Shown here: piece after piece, positions 23,641-38,485 of the stretch | Position numbering within the stretch: position 1 is the first letter of the stretch | Layout of the letters: the number at the start of each line of letters is the position of its first letter | DNA from: Octopus sinensis | Lineage: Eukaryota | Direction of reading: 5' to 3' | DNA: 64,000 bases | NCBI RefSeq assembly: GCF_006345805.1 | Contig: NC_043001.1 | Coordinates: 94,302,001 to 94,366,000 of the forward strand | Translations under genes and position numbers: made by a program | The notes under the pieces: generated by a model | What the model was told of the DNA's origin: nothing | Seen by the model: the letters and a program-made list of their open reading frames with translations, nothing else | Database searches by the model: none

Positions 23641-24211
23641 TTTTCACATAAAAATGCACGTGTACCCATATATACACAGTTACAGATATGTATTTACTAT
23701 AGGTATACACTACTATATACATTGTGTTTGCTTTTATATTCATATTCTATAATATGATAGTTGCAAGCATATATATTGTACATTCTTCAGAAGAATGATT
23801 CTATGACATACGTTTTGTATTATACAGAACAGATATGTATTTACTATAGGTATACACTACTGTATACATTGTGTTTGCTTTTATATTCATATTCTATAAT
23901 ACCTACATTTGACAAAATGTAACAATGTCCAATTCTGAATGTAAAATAACTGAAACAAAAAGTGGTTTAATATCTCACATGTCTCTAGTCCTACACGAAA
24001 TAAGGTTATTCGTTCAAATCGTTCCTTATCGGAATAAATTATTTTACACGTCCCAATTCACAGAACCGTCGAAAGCAATTTACCGCATCAAACGTTATTC
24101 GTTCTCACTTTAGCGTGGCAGTTCGTCCTTCTCTCTTTTCTACTAATTCTGTTCGAATAACAAGCTATCTTTATAAAATACATTGTTTTCGCATTCCTTT
24201 GTACCTCACCA

Positions 24212-24262
<51 letters not shown>

Positions 24263-24698
24263 GTTGTTGTTGTGTTGTTGCTTTGGTTTCAAACATCCAG
24301 TACTTATTCGCTTTCTTTTGATTGGCAGTGATTTCGGTGCTTTCTTACAATATCTTTGTCCATCTATAATTTTAGGCCATCTTGCGTTTGTCTAGCATTT
24401 TTCCGTTTTCAGCTGTCTCTCCATGCTTATCACTTTTCCTTTGATATGTTTCATGTGTTTTCATATGTATTATTTATACTTTCTCAGTCAATCTCTTATG
24501 CACACAAATACATATTTAAGTGTGTGTGTTTGTATGTGTATATAGGGTATAGAGTAATATAGAATGTATATATATATATATATATAAGGAGAGAGAGAGA
24601 GAGATATGTATGTGTGTGAATGTATATTTCAGTACACACAGGCACATACACATAGGCACCCCCACATGTATGTATACACATACACACACACATATATC

Positions 24699-24731
<33 letters not shown>

Positions 24732-24732
24732 G

Positions 24733-24768
<36 letters not shown>

Positions 24769-24858
24769 TATGTGAGTGTGTCTGTGTAGTAAAATATAAA
24801 CATGTATTACACCATATCCCATATCCATATACAGTAGAAATACACACAATGACACGAA

Positions 24859-24930
<72 letters not shown>

Positions 24931-26433
24931 CATGCATATCTACACATACACATAAAGTGTATGCGTTAGCGTGCCTGTCGGGAACATAATATATCATCAA
25001 TATTGCAAATAATTTTTCTCAATTACTTTTGTGAAGAATTCTCCTGATCCATAAAATGCTGTTTATATTTCTTTTGACATAAGATAATACATTATCAGTT
25101 AAGGAAAACTAATTAATGCTTTAAGGTTTATCTGACTTGAAACAAACTGTCTAGCTGATAAAACTATATCTATTTAGCCATTCTATTTGAAGATAGTGCT
25201 AATGATGCATGTAGTCGGTTGGGACAACTCAGTGCAAATCTATATCTTATTATTCTGTGACACACTAAATAAGAATTACTGTTGCATTCTTAAGTCAGTT
25301 GATTCTAAGTTTCTAAAGAGGCTGCCATGTTTAGTTATTCATATCTAACGTGTTGTAGCAGAAAACATTCTGTGGGATATTTTAATTATATACATTAACT
25401 AACAGTGAATGTTTGATATGTAAAAAACGTGCATGCATCTATATTTACCTGAGAAAAATGTGTATATACAAACTACACTATGTAAAAATCTCAAAAAGAT
25501 ATAAATGTATACCGACTACTATTTGAACAGAAATGAAACAGTGTGACAGAGAAAATATATATATATTAGGTAGTTTTTCGTTATTATTTGTTAGAATTTT
25601 GCACAACTTATGAATATGCAACATTACATAAAGATTAGAGAGTGCATAGCTCAATAAAGATTGAAATATTTTCTCTATACATTGAACCTCCGGTCTTATT
25701 TGATGCCTTATTTTCTCTACGTGTCTGTTTAATAGTTATCTTGCGAAATACGTTCAGTAAACTAATGTATTTTTAATGTTGCTGCTTGTCGTTGTCATTA
25801 TAGCGTCTCGCATCAGCCGTGAAATTAAATATTTGGGTCGGCGATTGCAAATATATATGCAAATTTCTTCTTGGATTATATTATGCTGCATGATCATTGT
25901 ATCTATAAAGAAAATAGAGGTTGAAAGGAAAGTATTCACTGTTATTTCTTGGGGTCAGCGATTGCTTGTATGCGTCATTATTGGCTCAAATAGGTTCAAA
26001 TTAGCGTAGGATTGAAATTTGACTAATTCCACGTTGATATTTTTTTATCGGATATTGTATAAATTCACTCACGACATTTTGTTATTCTAAATAATATTGT
26101 AATAAGCGACTATTTGTATTTCAATTTACACATGTACACAGCCGCACACACTCCAAAAAGACATACACAAAATAAACACACACACACACACATATATACG
26201 TATGTTTATGTATATATATATATATATATATATATGTTTGTTTATAATAAAAAATATGTAAATCTCATGGGTTACCCTATAATTTCGTAGAGAAGAATTT
26301 ATTATTCTTATACAAGAATATAACTGACAGTGACTTCGAATTTTCGGACTGCTAAACCTGTCTCAAACTTCAAGGTCACTATCAGCAATATCCTTGCTGA
26401 CGAATAATATATCCATATACAAATATATACATT

Positions 26434-26488
<55 letters not shown>

Positions 26489-27227
26489 TGAGAGAGAGAG
26501 AGAGAGAGAGATTGATAGATAGATTAATAGAGAGATAGATACGTGTGATTTTTAGTTCTTTGATGGTAGTTAAAGGATTCTTTAGGAGAAATAACATATG
26601 TAAATAGGTATTACATATTTATAAATTTGAATATCCATAAAATGAAATGTATTCACGGTGGAGTTTGATAAATGTCTGAACAAGAACAGTATCATGATTT
26701 ATTTAAATATTGATTTGTAAGTGAAGCGTCATTCGGAATAGAAGACTGTAATTTCTGTAAAGAATGAAATCAAGATAAATCCATACTAGCATGAATAAAT
26801 TTTATTAACACTCTCATGACATTGTAATCTATTTTCTGTTTTTGTTGTATTGCAAATCAGAGTTTTGCATGTTTGTGTTCAAAGTATGAGATTTATATTG
26901 GGCCCTTGTCTAACTCAAATATATTGTCAGGACTTCGGTCTGGTTGCCCATCGTGTGTAGAAATCATACAGACGTGAAACATGCAGAAAACTTCAACATA
27001 ACATTATACGTATGCCATTTGGTCAAACAGCCATTCTGAGATGAGCTCATGTGTAGTAGATGGACCTAGTCAATAGGCATTGGACTCTAATTATACTTGG
27101 GTATGAATTTGAGGTGCTTTAATTGAAGGATTCGCTAAGTAATGAGGACGTAAACAAACCAAAACAGCCTATCAAGTTGTGGTGGTGGAGACAAACAGCA
27201 AAGCACAAACTCAGACCTACATATATA

Positions 27228-27276
<49 letters not shown>

Positions 27277-27639
27277 CGCCGGGTCATAGTGCTAGTGTAT
27301 GCATATACAGCTGCGTGTGTGTGCAGATACACGCGAGTACTGTCCAAATCTCCGACCAATCACATACAGCTAGCTGGCATTCAATAGGCGTATCAAGTTT
27401 CGGGTATTTTGATTGGATTTTGGATAGAAAATTCACAAAAAGTCAATTCTATTGTTTTTTTAATGGCTTCGCGGGGTGTGTGGCGAAATGTAAAGATGTG
27501 CACGACCACCTTGGACGGTTTTGAATGACCATAGAATGTGCGAGCTATCTAACTGCAAAATTGTGGATTTGTATAAAGGATACGCACAGACATACATTTT
27601 GCCGTTTTTATATAGAAAGATATATATTTTAAAATAAAT

Positions 27640-27970
27640 CGTTCGGTGGTTAGAGCGTCGGGCTCACATTTACTAGGTTGTGAGTTAAATTTTCGGATAG
27701 GGCTGTGTGTTATCTTCTTCTAGAGCAACACACTTCATTTCGCGTTGCTGCAGTTCACTCAGCTGTAGAAATGAGTTACGACGTCACTGTTGCCAAGCGG
27801 TATCGGCATTTGCCTTTTCCTTAGATAACATCAGTAGCGTTGCGAGGAGAGGCTGGTATGCATGGTCGACTGCTGGTCTTACATTAACAATTCTGCCCGG
27901 TGTTGTGCCTCAGAGGGAAACTTTCTTGGTGCAATCTCATTGTCATATAAGGACAGACGGAGGTCCTTCA
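27640..27970 (+). mobile_element. tRNA-derived SINE, family 2 (degenerate); a related minus-strand copy lies at ~31950-32250
   Basis: GGTGGTTAGAGCGTCGGGC head followed by CACTTCATTTCGCGTTGCTGCAGTTCACTCAGCTGTAGAAATGAGT central block. Confidence 0.7.
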
Positions 27971-28467
27971 TTCGAAGAAATTACAACGGAACACACTTTT
28001 ATTCGATGATCTTCATTAGCTTACGGCTGTACCCATCATATACGTATGTGTGTATTCTTGGTTGTGTGTGTATGTGTGTGTGCTCGCATTTCTTTTATGT
28101 CTCCATCTACCAGATTCCCCCATAAATTTTGGTTTCTTTGTAGAGGATACTTCCTCAAAGTGCTGTTAAGTGGGACCGAACCCAAACTAACGTGATGGCG
28201 AAGCAGATTTTCAATGACGCAACCACGTCTGTGTCAGTGTATCAAGCGTTTACATAACATGAGACTTCCATGCAAAGACCCTCTGCAAGTACTTAGCTCG
28301 GATCTATTTCATATGTCTAGACAAATCTTATATAATAATAGGTTTTCTGTTAAATAACTTATCAAGAGCAAGGTCATATGTATAAAAATAATTATACATC
28401 ATTATGCTCTATACAAGTGTGTATAATTTGTCTTTCTGTTCAAATGATACAGATCTTGATGCTATGT

Positions 28468-30393
28468 CTTTTCGTCCGATGCCACTTCGTGAAACGTCTT
28501 CCACGTCTTTTCGTCCGATGTCTTTTTGTCCCACGACATTCTCCCCAATTTTAAATAAACTCTTTAGAGAACAAGGTGAAATATCTCCAATGATATATTC
28601 ACATAACTATGAGAAGCCCCATTATAGGAATGTTATTATCGTTCTTTTTCCTTCTCTGTTAACAGGTTTACTTTCTTTTTTTCCTCCTCTCTTAAGAGTG
28701 GCGCAGTGTATATTTTTGGTTTACCCATCCCGAAATGAGAAAGTTCATAGTATCGGCCAGAACAAAACAAAAATAGTTGATTAAAGTAATTACAACTATA
28801 ATTTTCATTCAAGCAATACAAATGTAGGAAAGGAATACTAGAGATGGGAGAAAAGAAGGCTGTGTTCAATGCGAATTCACACGATAACGGAAAACAATGA
28901 GCCGAAAATTACTTATTTTTCTAGTGAGCACCTTCATCCAGCTGGTGTAGATTTGTTAAATGCTAGAAAAGCAGTTGCGGAAATAAAGCATGAAGCGGTG
29001 GTAAACAAAAATTACTTGCTCTCAACCTCCTTGTTTGCATGTGATTTCAAAGACTATTCAAAGGTACCGACAAAATGTTCTGGATTTGCCGCTAATCTAG
29101 GGGCTAGAACTGGTTTTGAAGTACCTGACGAATATTGTAAACTTGGTAAAGGCGAACAGTTTCTGAGATACTAATCGGGTATCGAGGACCGACAGCGCAT
29201 AATAATATTTGCATCAGAAAGTGCTCTTCAGGATATATCATCATATCTTCATTGGCCATGTGATGGAACGTTCAAATTTGTGTCGGAACAGTGGTTTCAA
29301 CTGTTTAGCATTCATTCACAAGTTACAGGTAGCCGTTTTCAAAGGGCGGATTTTTGCATTACTGCCGAATAAAACAAATCAGACATACGAATTATTTTTG
29401 GAGCAATTGAAAATTATGCATGCTAATTCGTATCCGCTTGATCTCATGGCAGATTTCGAAGTTGCAGTTCCTAAGGCATTTAATTCATCATTTCCTAATC
29501 CATCTATCATGGTATTTTTTTTTTTCATTTGAGCCAATCACTATTTCGAAAAATTACAGATTTAGGCCTCAAAGAAAAATGCAATAAAGACTCTCAATTC
29601 TGTCTTAAAATTCGATGCTTTAAGCATAAGTCTTCCTATCAATTGAAGGTGTTGAAGAGGCGGTGTGTATATATTTATTAATATTAATATTAATTTTATA
29701 TAGAATACAAAAAGTATTGGGCGAGAAAATAGCATTGATATCAAAGAACGTCGATAAATTATTACTGCCACCAAATAAATTAGTGCTGTCATCATTGTGA
29801 GAGGACATGGTGCTAGATGAATGAGAGCACCACCTACATTCCCTATAGTTATAGGGAACGTTAACCAGCATATTCTTCAAGATTTTCCCAGAAGAGAGAA
29901 TGCCGCGGAAGCGTACCATAGTGCGATAAAACCTTCGGCGGTTGGAGCACATTTGAATACTTGGAAATTAATTAAAACTCTGAAGGAAGTGGATGAGTTC
30001 GTTCAAGGTAGAACGACTCAAATTCTCCAAGGAGATCCGCCGAATTCGTATACACGACATCGAAGAATAACTGAACACCTCAAAACATTGGTCACTGATT
30101 ATGTGTCAACAAGAAAAAATGATTTTTTGAAGAGTGTGGCATATACTTTGCATCAATTTTAAGTGCTCATCATAAATCATTAGTTATAACTTATTACTTT
30201 TTTAAAATGACATTTTCCACATTTATTTTCCTTGAATTCTATCATTAACATTCTCAATGATATTTGATGTTGATGAGCACCGTGTTTTCTAAAGATTTGG
30301 TTTAAAATTGAACAAAACGTTGTTGGACAAAAAAGTCATCGAACAAAAGACGTGGATGAAGTGAGTCTGGACAATATGACATCGGATGAAAAG
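28468..30393 (+). mobile_element. Decayed Mutator-like (MULE) DNA transposon with ~115-bp TIRs
   Basis: Broken frames give IIIFASE, WPCDGTFKFVSEQWFQLFSIH, FALLPNKTNQTY, DFEVAVPKAFNSSFP, HLSQSLFRKITDLGL and PRRENAAEAYH. TIRs 28468-28578 and 30278-30393 are imperfect reverse complements. Confidence 0.88.
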
Positions 30394-31200
30394 TCGGGTT
30401 ACGGCAGGTCTAATATCTAGTTCATGTTGAAATTTGTTGACATTGTTTTTCATTCCACATCGAAGTCTCGGTCACGAAGGAGATGTTTGGAGACTATAGA
30501 GGATGAATATCATATGCGATTAATGTAAGCTTTATATATAAGATATCCTAATTGTAATTCACCGGTTATATTCCTTAGTTCTTTAGAGTTTTGATTATAT
30601 ATTTAGCAGTCGACACTGAAACTATTAGTATACTAATGTCACGTCAATCTAATGTAATATATTTCTTCTCCAAAGTCATTGGAATGAGTAAATGCATTCT
30701 TTTCACAAATATATACACGATATTACGGGCCCCTAACTCAACCCCAGCCGTGTTTATAGTTCTTTAGTCTTTTATTCCTCCTTCACTCTATCCATTGTTG
30801 TCTTGTCTTGCAGCCCAAATGATTTTTTCTTGTATCTATTATTATCATTTTAATTGTTTTCGTGTGGCCCAAATCTTTTATTCTGTTTCTTGTTTTCTTA
30901 TTGTTTTAGTCCCATTCCGGTAAGTTTCTTGCCAATGCCTCCAGAGTGGAAGCCATATTATCGATAATGGCCTAAATTGTGCTTGACGCACTTGTCGATA
31001 ACTGAAGAGAATTTGGTGACCGTCTGTTTTTTCCTTTCATCTGTGTATTTAATATATGTTCGTATGTTTATTGTCGACACGTTTTTAATATATACATATT
31101 AAAAACTAATGTATGATAACATTTTTTTCGAAAAATTTTTTATCAATAGCCAGCATATCAAAAAATACCTTTAAAGGTTAAATTTATAAACAACTTTTAA

Positions 31201-31871
31201 AATAAGGGCAAAAGAAAAATTCTAATGCCAAATATGCCCCAAAAAAGACAAAATTGTCAATAACCATTATAATCTATGCGTCCCGAAACATGCCGACAGA
31301 AATTTCTAAAAAATTCCGTTATCACCGTATTGGTCCCAATTTCGGGGTTAATTCATAAGAATGTTCCCCTCGTCAGCGATAAATACGTAAGCCATAAATG
31401 AAATACTTACTCATACCCATGGAAAAAGCAAGCACTAAGTCCTGAGCAGACCTAAGTACCCCAAATATATCCAGAATAGAAAATCTTCAGTACATCTCGA
31501 GACACGTGTGATACGATCTAGAATCTTTCACAGAATGAGGGAATCCGAAAGTGAAGACTATTAAATTTATAACTAATGAAGGATAAAATGTTTTCGAAAG
31601 TTTCTAGATCGAATCACACGTGTCTCGAGATGTGCTGAAGATTTTCTATTCCGGATATATTTGGGGTATTTCATTTATGTCTTACGTATTTATCGCTGAC
31701 GAGGGGAAAATTCTTATGAATTAACACCGAAATTGGGACCTATACGGTAATAACGGATTTTTTTAGAAATTTCTATCGGCATGTTTCGGGACGCATAAAT
31801 TATAATGGCTATTGACAATTTTGCCTTTTTTTCGGCATATTTGGTATTAGAATTTTTCTTTTGCCCTTATT
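31201..31871. mobile_element. Long foldback (MITE-like) element with ~270-bp arms
   Basis: AATAAGGGCAAAAGAAAAATTCTAAT... at 31201 mirrors ...ATTAGAATTTTTCTTTTGCCCTTATT ending at 31871. There is a ~52-bp insert in the left arm and a ~75-bp central spacer. Confidence 0.9.
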
Positions 31872-33080
31872 ATATATATATATATAATACAGTTATGTCG
31901 TATTTTCTGTTGTCCTTTAATTTAATCCTGACAACATATATATATAGGGTGGATTGCGTGCGTGCTTATTATGGTATCGACCAGTTTATCTGATGTTGTT
32001 ATACATTACTGGTCGCAATGCGTTTTACAATGATATAATCATTAAATGATGCCACGTCACCAGCAGGGCAACAATTCCTGATTGGAGTTCTTTTTCCGTC
32101 GCTGGGTTACCCATTTGCAGATGATTGAACTGGAGCAACGTGAAATTAAATGTTTAAACAATAAAAGATCGCGTCGCCTGACCCTTTAATTGAACGCACG
32201 ATCTAGTAATCCTGAGTACAATCTAATAACCACTAGGCCATGCGCCTTCACATTCACATGCACCTTCACGCGCGCACACACGCATCTTTACGTGTATACA
32301 TATATATATGTGTGTGTGTGCGTACGTATGTGTGTCTGTGTCTATATATTCGTGTATGTGTGTCTGTGTGTGTGTGTCTATGTCTGTGTGTCTGTGTATG
32401 CGTATATTAATATTAATATTGATTTAATATAGAATACAAACAAATATTGGGCGAAGAAATAACATTAACATCACAAAAAAACAGAGATAAATTATTACTG
32501 TCACCAAATAAACAATAAATATGGATCATTTAATAGCTTCAAAGAAGAGTATGTTGATTTGTTTTACCAGCAACAAGGGAAATAATCTCGGTACAATGAT
32601 AAATGCATTTTCTTCCACATTCCAAATGACATAAACGCAGGTAACCGTAAATGGTATCTCATAACTAGATAAAGAATTACGACGTATATCAAATAATATT
32701 TACACTCTGCTTGTAGAAATTATTATCCAGTTATCGATGATTTTTGTGTGTTTATCAAAGTTAATAAATTTATTGAAAATATTAGTAATTCGTTTTTCAC
32801 CAAGAAAGAGAGAAAATAAATAGAATATAAATGGATTTAAGATCGCGTTAGATTTTAGGTTGTAGAAATGTCATGGTATCATATTCTTGAACGTATCTTG
32901 AATGAATATATGTATTCTTCGTGAGAAGGTATATTGAAAACTAATTCGTGTTCGTGTATTTGTCTGTGTGTGTATGTGTGTGTATGAGTGTGTGTGTGTA
33001 AAGAGGGGAAATGTTAAATACTCGTAATTCCCTCGGATATCACAAGTAAATATCATTCTAAAATATTGCTCTAAATGTTC

Positions 33081-33433
33081 GGCTGTGTGGTAAGTAGCTT
33101 GCTTACGAACCACATGGTTCCGGATTCAGTCCCACTGCGTGACACCTTGAGCAGGTGTCTTCTACTATAGTCTCGGGCCGACGAAAATCTTGGTAGACGG
33201 AAACTGAAAGAAGCGTGTGTGTTTATATGTTTGTTTGTCTGTGTTTGTCCTCCCCAATATCACTTGATAACCGATGCTAGTGTGATTACGTACCCGTAAC
33301 TTAGCGGTTCGGCAAAAGAGACCGATAGAATACGTACTAGGCTTACAAAGAATAAGTTCTGGGGTCGATTTGTTCGACTAAAAGCGATGCTCCAGCATGG
33401 TCACGGTCAAATGACTGAAGCAAGCAAAAGAGT
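33081..33433 (+). mobile_element. tRNA-derived SINE, family 1
   Basis: Homologous to 16659-17061, with an internal deletion. Confidence 0.9.
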
Positions 33434-33750
33434 TTTTAAAAAGACTTGTACAATCTGGGTAATGATACCAAAATGGAAATATGTCTTCCACAAAGACGTG
33501 GGTGTTTGCTATTTTATATATGTTTAAACATGCCATGCTTTCTAATAGGCTATTAGGAAGAAAACTTAGAAACTGCCTCTGAAGCTTCAATCAATTAAAT
33601 ACTATTTAAAAATGCAAAGACTGAATTTATGTTTATACTTCATGATACGATTGGATAAAACAGATTTTACTGATTTCCATACTAGATATATATTTGTCAT
33701 TGATATAAGTCGAGACGCTAATTTACATACACATCATTCTTATTATATGA

Positions 33751-34263
33751 CTAGCAGTATCGCCCGGCGTTGCTCGGGTTTGTAAGGGAAATAACTATAT
33801 AAGCATTTTTAGAGAGTTACTTCCCTTATAGATGCAAATTTGGGCTTTCTTAGCCATTTCTGTTTTGGTGTCTTCAAGCCATGAAGTCGTTGTTCTAAAA
33901 GAACGCTGGTCTCCTTGACAACGCTTTACGACGTTAATTTCCTTACACTCCCTTCCCCACAGCTTCACGAGGGAGAGAAGAAGGGGGAGAAGCAAACAGG
34001 TGCAGGTGTGACCATGGACGCCAACTCCGCCGCCATCGACACACGAAAAATTATGCATTAAAATGGAATAAAAAATGATGTTAAATTATTTTTAAAATCG
34101 TAGACTCATCGTAGACGCGCGCAAATACTCAGACGGGCTCGATATGAATCACGACTATAAGATACCCGGTTTTGGTTAAACTGCACCGCAAAATGTGGGA
34201 GTAGTTAGGAATCTAAATCGAAGGGGACAGACACTCACACAACTACAGTTTTATATATATAGA
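33751..34263 (-). mobile_element. Non-autonomous Helitron
   Basis: Minus strand reads A|TCTATATATATAAAACTG ... CCCGAGCAACGCCGGG (hairpin) CGATACTG-CTAG|T: canonical TC/CTAG ends inserted into AT. Confidence 0.85.
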
Positions 34264-34390
34264 TATTAGTTTATTAAAATAGAAAAAAAAAATGTTTATA
34301 CCTCTTTCAGACGTGAATTGATTCTTACGTTTTAGGGTCTCGTTGCATATCTCACTCTGCGATATATTCTCTTATTCATTTATACTGTCA

Positions 34391-34746
34391 TTCTTTTTAG
34401 CTGTTTCAGTCATTTCACTTCGGTCATGCTGGAGCACTGCCTTTTGCAAACAAATCGACCGCAGTACTTATTATATTGCTATCTTTAGCCGAACCGCTAA
34501 AGTATGGGGAAGTAAACACACCAGCATTGGTAGACAAATGATGGCGGGGGGTATAAACACACACACACACATAATTATATATACATAGATATGACGGGTT
34601 TCATTCAGTTTCCGTCTACCAAATCCACTCACAAAAATTTGGTCGGCTCGAGGCTATAGTAGAAGAGACTTGCCCAAGATGCCATCGAGTGGGAGGATTG
34701 AACCCGGAACCATGTGGTTGGGAATTATGGTTTTTACCACACAACC
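34391..34746 (-). mobile_element. tRNA-derived SINE, family 1 (degenerate)
   Basis: Reverse-complement similarity to 16659-17061. Confidence 0.85.
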
Positions 34747-35147
34747 ATATGTTTATAAGTAATTATTTAAGCATCAAATGTAGTCAGCTGATGAAGCACG
34801 TTCACACCTTATGGCTACCTGACGTTATCCACGTTATTCACTCAATTCTGGTCGGATCTACCGCAGGAATTGCTCAGTGTAAGTTCAGTATAAAACAAAT
34901 GATAACGGTGGAAAATGGAATATACAAGAAATAATATTTCTCATTAACAGCGTGCTGAACTAAAACCGCACGAAACAGTTTTGTTAACGAGTTATTCCTT
35001 ACAGAATCAATTTACGAAACGCTTCTGAACGGAAGGAGGCACCACAACCAGCGATACAGTAACCCCACAACGAAGAAGTGGGAGTCGTACTCTCACGTGG
35101 TGCGTCTTTGTTTTGCAGTGCTTATCCTCCGTTCGGCGATTTTTGCG

Positions 35148-35603
35148 ATGGCTGAAACTAAGGAAAACTGTGCTTCCTTGAAATTCTATATGCCGTTCAA
35201 TCGGCTTACCAATACGCCGCCATGAGCGAAACATGATTTATGAGTTGTTTCCACGCTTTGAGAATTGTCACTTGCCACTTGAAGAACAAGCGCGTTCGGG
35301 ATGACCGTCGACTTGCCAAACGGAGGAAAACATGAAAATTCATGAACACATCTTCAAGGACCGTCACCAAACAAATGACGAACTAGCTGATATTACTTGT
35401 ATAGTGTGGAGTTCCCGCTAACGATTTCTTTTGCGAAGAACTGCGAATGAAATGAATTGCAGCAAAAATTTGTGCCTCGCCTTCTCACGGAAGATCACAA
35501 ACAGTCACGACTGAATGCGTGTCGTGGCCTGAAAGATCAGTTGAAATTTGATCCGGACAAGCTCCTCCATGGTGACGAAAGCTGCTGCTATGGAATTTGC
35601 AGT
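35148..35603 (+). pseudogene. mariner transposase remnant (N-terminal half)
   Basis: MAETKENCASLKFY, EEQARSG*PST, KFVPRLLTEDHKQSRLNAC and GDES(W)CYG. Confidence 0.85.
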
Positions 35604-35656
35604 TGTGGAAGCGGTGAAGAAAAGAATGACGGACGAGTTATATATATATATATATA

Positions 35657-35713
<57 letters not shown>

Positions 35714-36319
35714 ATATGTATGTATGTTGGTATATATGTATATAATAAGTGTGTGGCTAAAAGGAACCGGAAGTTTGCAATATTATTTTATACACTTATT
35801 TCTTTTCACCCTCTCTCTATTTATTTCCTCTAATTCCATTCTGTCGAAGAGCGTGGGCTCTAAGGGTTAAATATATTTCACTTTTCCCCGAGCGTCAAGT
35901 TAATTGACTTGCTTATTGTTCCTCCATCTGACTTCGTCTTTTTTTATAATAATTTGAACTATATATATATATAATTATATATAGGCACTACATTATGAAG
36001 CAGTGCATCCAGAAATATATAATGCTCCAAATAATAATATGTTTTCGGTTCATAAACCGTCTTGCCGATGGCTGGCTGTATTATACCGTTAGACTTCGCT
36101 TTGAACAGAGCTACATTTTTCAACTCCGAACTCGAACACGATCCTTTCTTCCAGTGATATTCTGTGCACACACACACACACACACACACGAATACTAACC
36201 ATTTTCGTAGATATATAGTAATAGATAATAACTTTATTTCCTAAAAAACGCTATGAGGATAAAAACAATCTTCTTTTCTATAGTATTATTCAATAAACCC
36301 ACCTTCACCTTCAACAACC

Positions 36320-37270
36320 AGTAGTATATAAGATCTAAATCATCTACATACTCGAATCAAGCGGTCCTCGTTCATGTTGGACATTACTCCGACTGTGGTA
36401 GATTTCAAAGAATCTTTATTTTTACGTTTGTATTCATTGACATCTCTCTCAACAGCGATCCACGTGTAATAGTCCAATGAATTGAGATCTTGGGAATTAG
36501 GAGGTCAAATGTTAGGGGGTTATGTGATCAGCAAAATTTTCAGCCATCTATTCCTGTGTTCCTAGAGCCACGTGAGATAGTGCAGATCCTCACGGAACCA
36601 TATATAGCAGTCCATTGCATAACCTGTCCATCTAGGGCATAACTATTATTTCCTGGACCTCAATGTAGGCGGCAGACTTAACTCTAAGGCCTTGGGAAAA
36701 GACGAAAAGTGGCATCACATGTCCTTGATTTCTGACAACCCCTAAAACAATTATATTTGCAGGAAATTTTGTATGCATAACACTTGAAACTTCAGAAGGG
36801 CCTGTACATAAACATCTGTCATTCTTTCTGTTAACCTTTTTATCTTGAGAAAAAATTAAAACAAATATACTTCTGCTGGATTTTTAAGTTTCTTTAAGAG
36901 CCTTTTACATCTGATCTAGTGATTATCCTTTGCTTTTTCTAACAAACTGACCTTTCCTTATCATGTAAGACTAATATCTGATATCTTCAGGGAAAACATT
37001 TCTGATTGTTTCTTCTGACAAATGAAGATCTTTTGCAGCTGACCTCATGGATTTTCTGTTGAACTTACTGCATGCATTCAGATGTTCTGATGACTTCAGA
37101 GCTTTTCGAATGCTTTTTATACTTTTATATTGTTGATATGTTTCCATCTTAAGTCTCGAGCTCCTTACAAACTTAGTAGACGAAAGAGCTGGCACGTATA
37201 ATATATTTCTAATCGCTATGCTTAGCCATTCATACCAATGTAACAGCATGCCTCTTCATTTCTTGAGTAA
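36320..37270 (-). pseudogene. Tc1/mariner-superfamily (maT-like) transposase remnant
   Basis: SMRSAAKDLHLSEETIRNVFPEDIRY and (W)PPNSQDLNSLDYYTWIAVERDVN...SLKST..VMSNMNEDRLIRVC. Confidence 0.8.
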
Positions 37271-37321
37271 GGTGAGGGTGTGGAATTATTATTTATGTAC
37301 ATTTTTATATGTGCAGAAGAA

Positions 37322-37787
37322 CCTGTGTGGTAAGCGGCTTACTTTCCAACCACATGATTCCGGATTCAGTCTCACTGCGTGGTACCTTGGGTAGGTGACT
37401 TCTACTATAGCCGAACATACCAAAACCTTGTGAATAGATTTGGTAGACGGAAACTGGAAGAAAACTGTCGTATATATATATTGTGGATATTAATAATTGT
37501 TACATTTCTAAATATAAATTAATTTATGTATCGGCTTAAGTCTTTCTTTGTTTGATTTGCATAATAGTGGTTTTGTCTCTAATTTAATATAATATATAAA
37601 TATATGTATATATATCGCTTGACAACCGATGTTAGTGCGTATACGTAACCGTAACGTAGTAGCTCGACCTAAAATACCGACAAAATAAGTACTAGGCTGA
37701 CAAAGAGAAATTTCTGGCTTCGATTTATTCGATTAAAAGCAGCATCACAGCACGGCCACAGTCAAATGACTTTAAAAAAATAGAAGA
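37322..37787 (+). mobile_element. tRNA-derived SINE, family 1 (old copy)
   Basis: Degenerate head and tail around an AT-rich insert. Confidence 0.8.
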
Positions 37788-38453
37788 ATACACACACACA
37801 CACATATATTTATATATTATTGTGTGTGTGGAAAGTAATTCTCTTTAAGTGCCTTATTATTTTTATTATTTAAGACACCCACCGGTTCGATTTCCACTCA
37901 TTTAGTTATCTATTTTTTTCTAAAATGTTGATTACGTCTTCCAACCTTTTCTACAGTCATTGAATCTGTCCCTTATGACAGTTAAAAGACAATGACTCTC
38001 CCCACACACAATGATAAAATATGCTTTAAAACACGAATTCCCATAAAGAAACCTGCAAACCAAATACATATATATATATTATTTTATTCATTTCTTTTAC
38101 TCTTTTACTTGCTTCAATCACTTGACCCCACGACTTATTCTTTCTAAGCCCAGTACTTATCTTATCGGTCCTTTCTGCCGAAAAGTTATGTTACAGGGAC
38201 GTAAACACACCAACATCGATTGTCAAGAAAATAGATGTATAGAAAGTTAAATAATGTATGGGCACGCGCGTGTTTGCGTAATTGCATGTATATTTCTGAA
38301 TATTCATATATCAATGTATATACATATGTCTAGATTTGTATGTCGACATGTTACTTATAAAAGCGGATACATGTGCGTATATGTATGAAACAGTGCCTAT
38401 AATGCGCAGGCGTTCAAGCATAAGCATAAACATACATAGTAATATATATATAT

Positions 38454-38485
<32 letters not shown>

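Noticed and set aside
25180-25260. Lectin-like peptide FEDSANDACSRLG as a possible next exon (similar hint near 26850-26960)
   Set aside because: Splice phase is incompatible with the 142-nt exon, and the frames contain stops.
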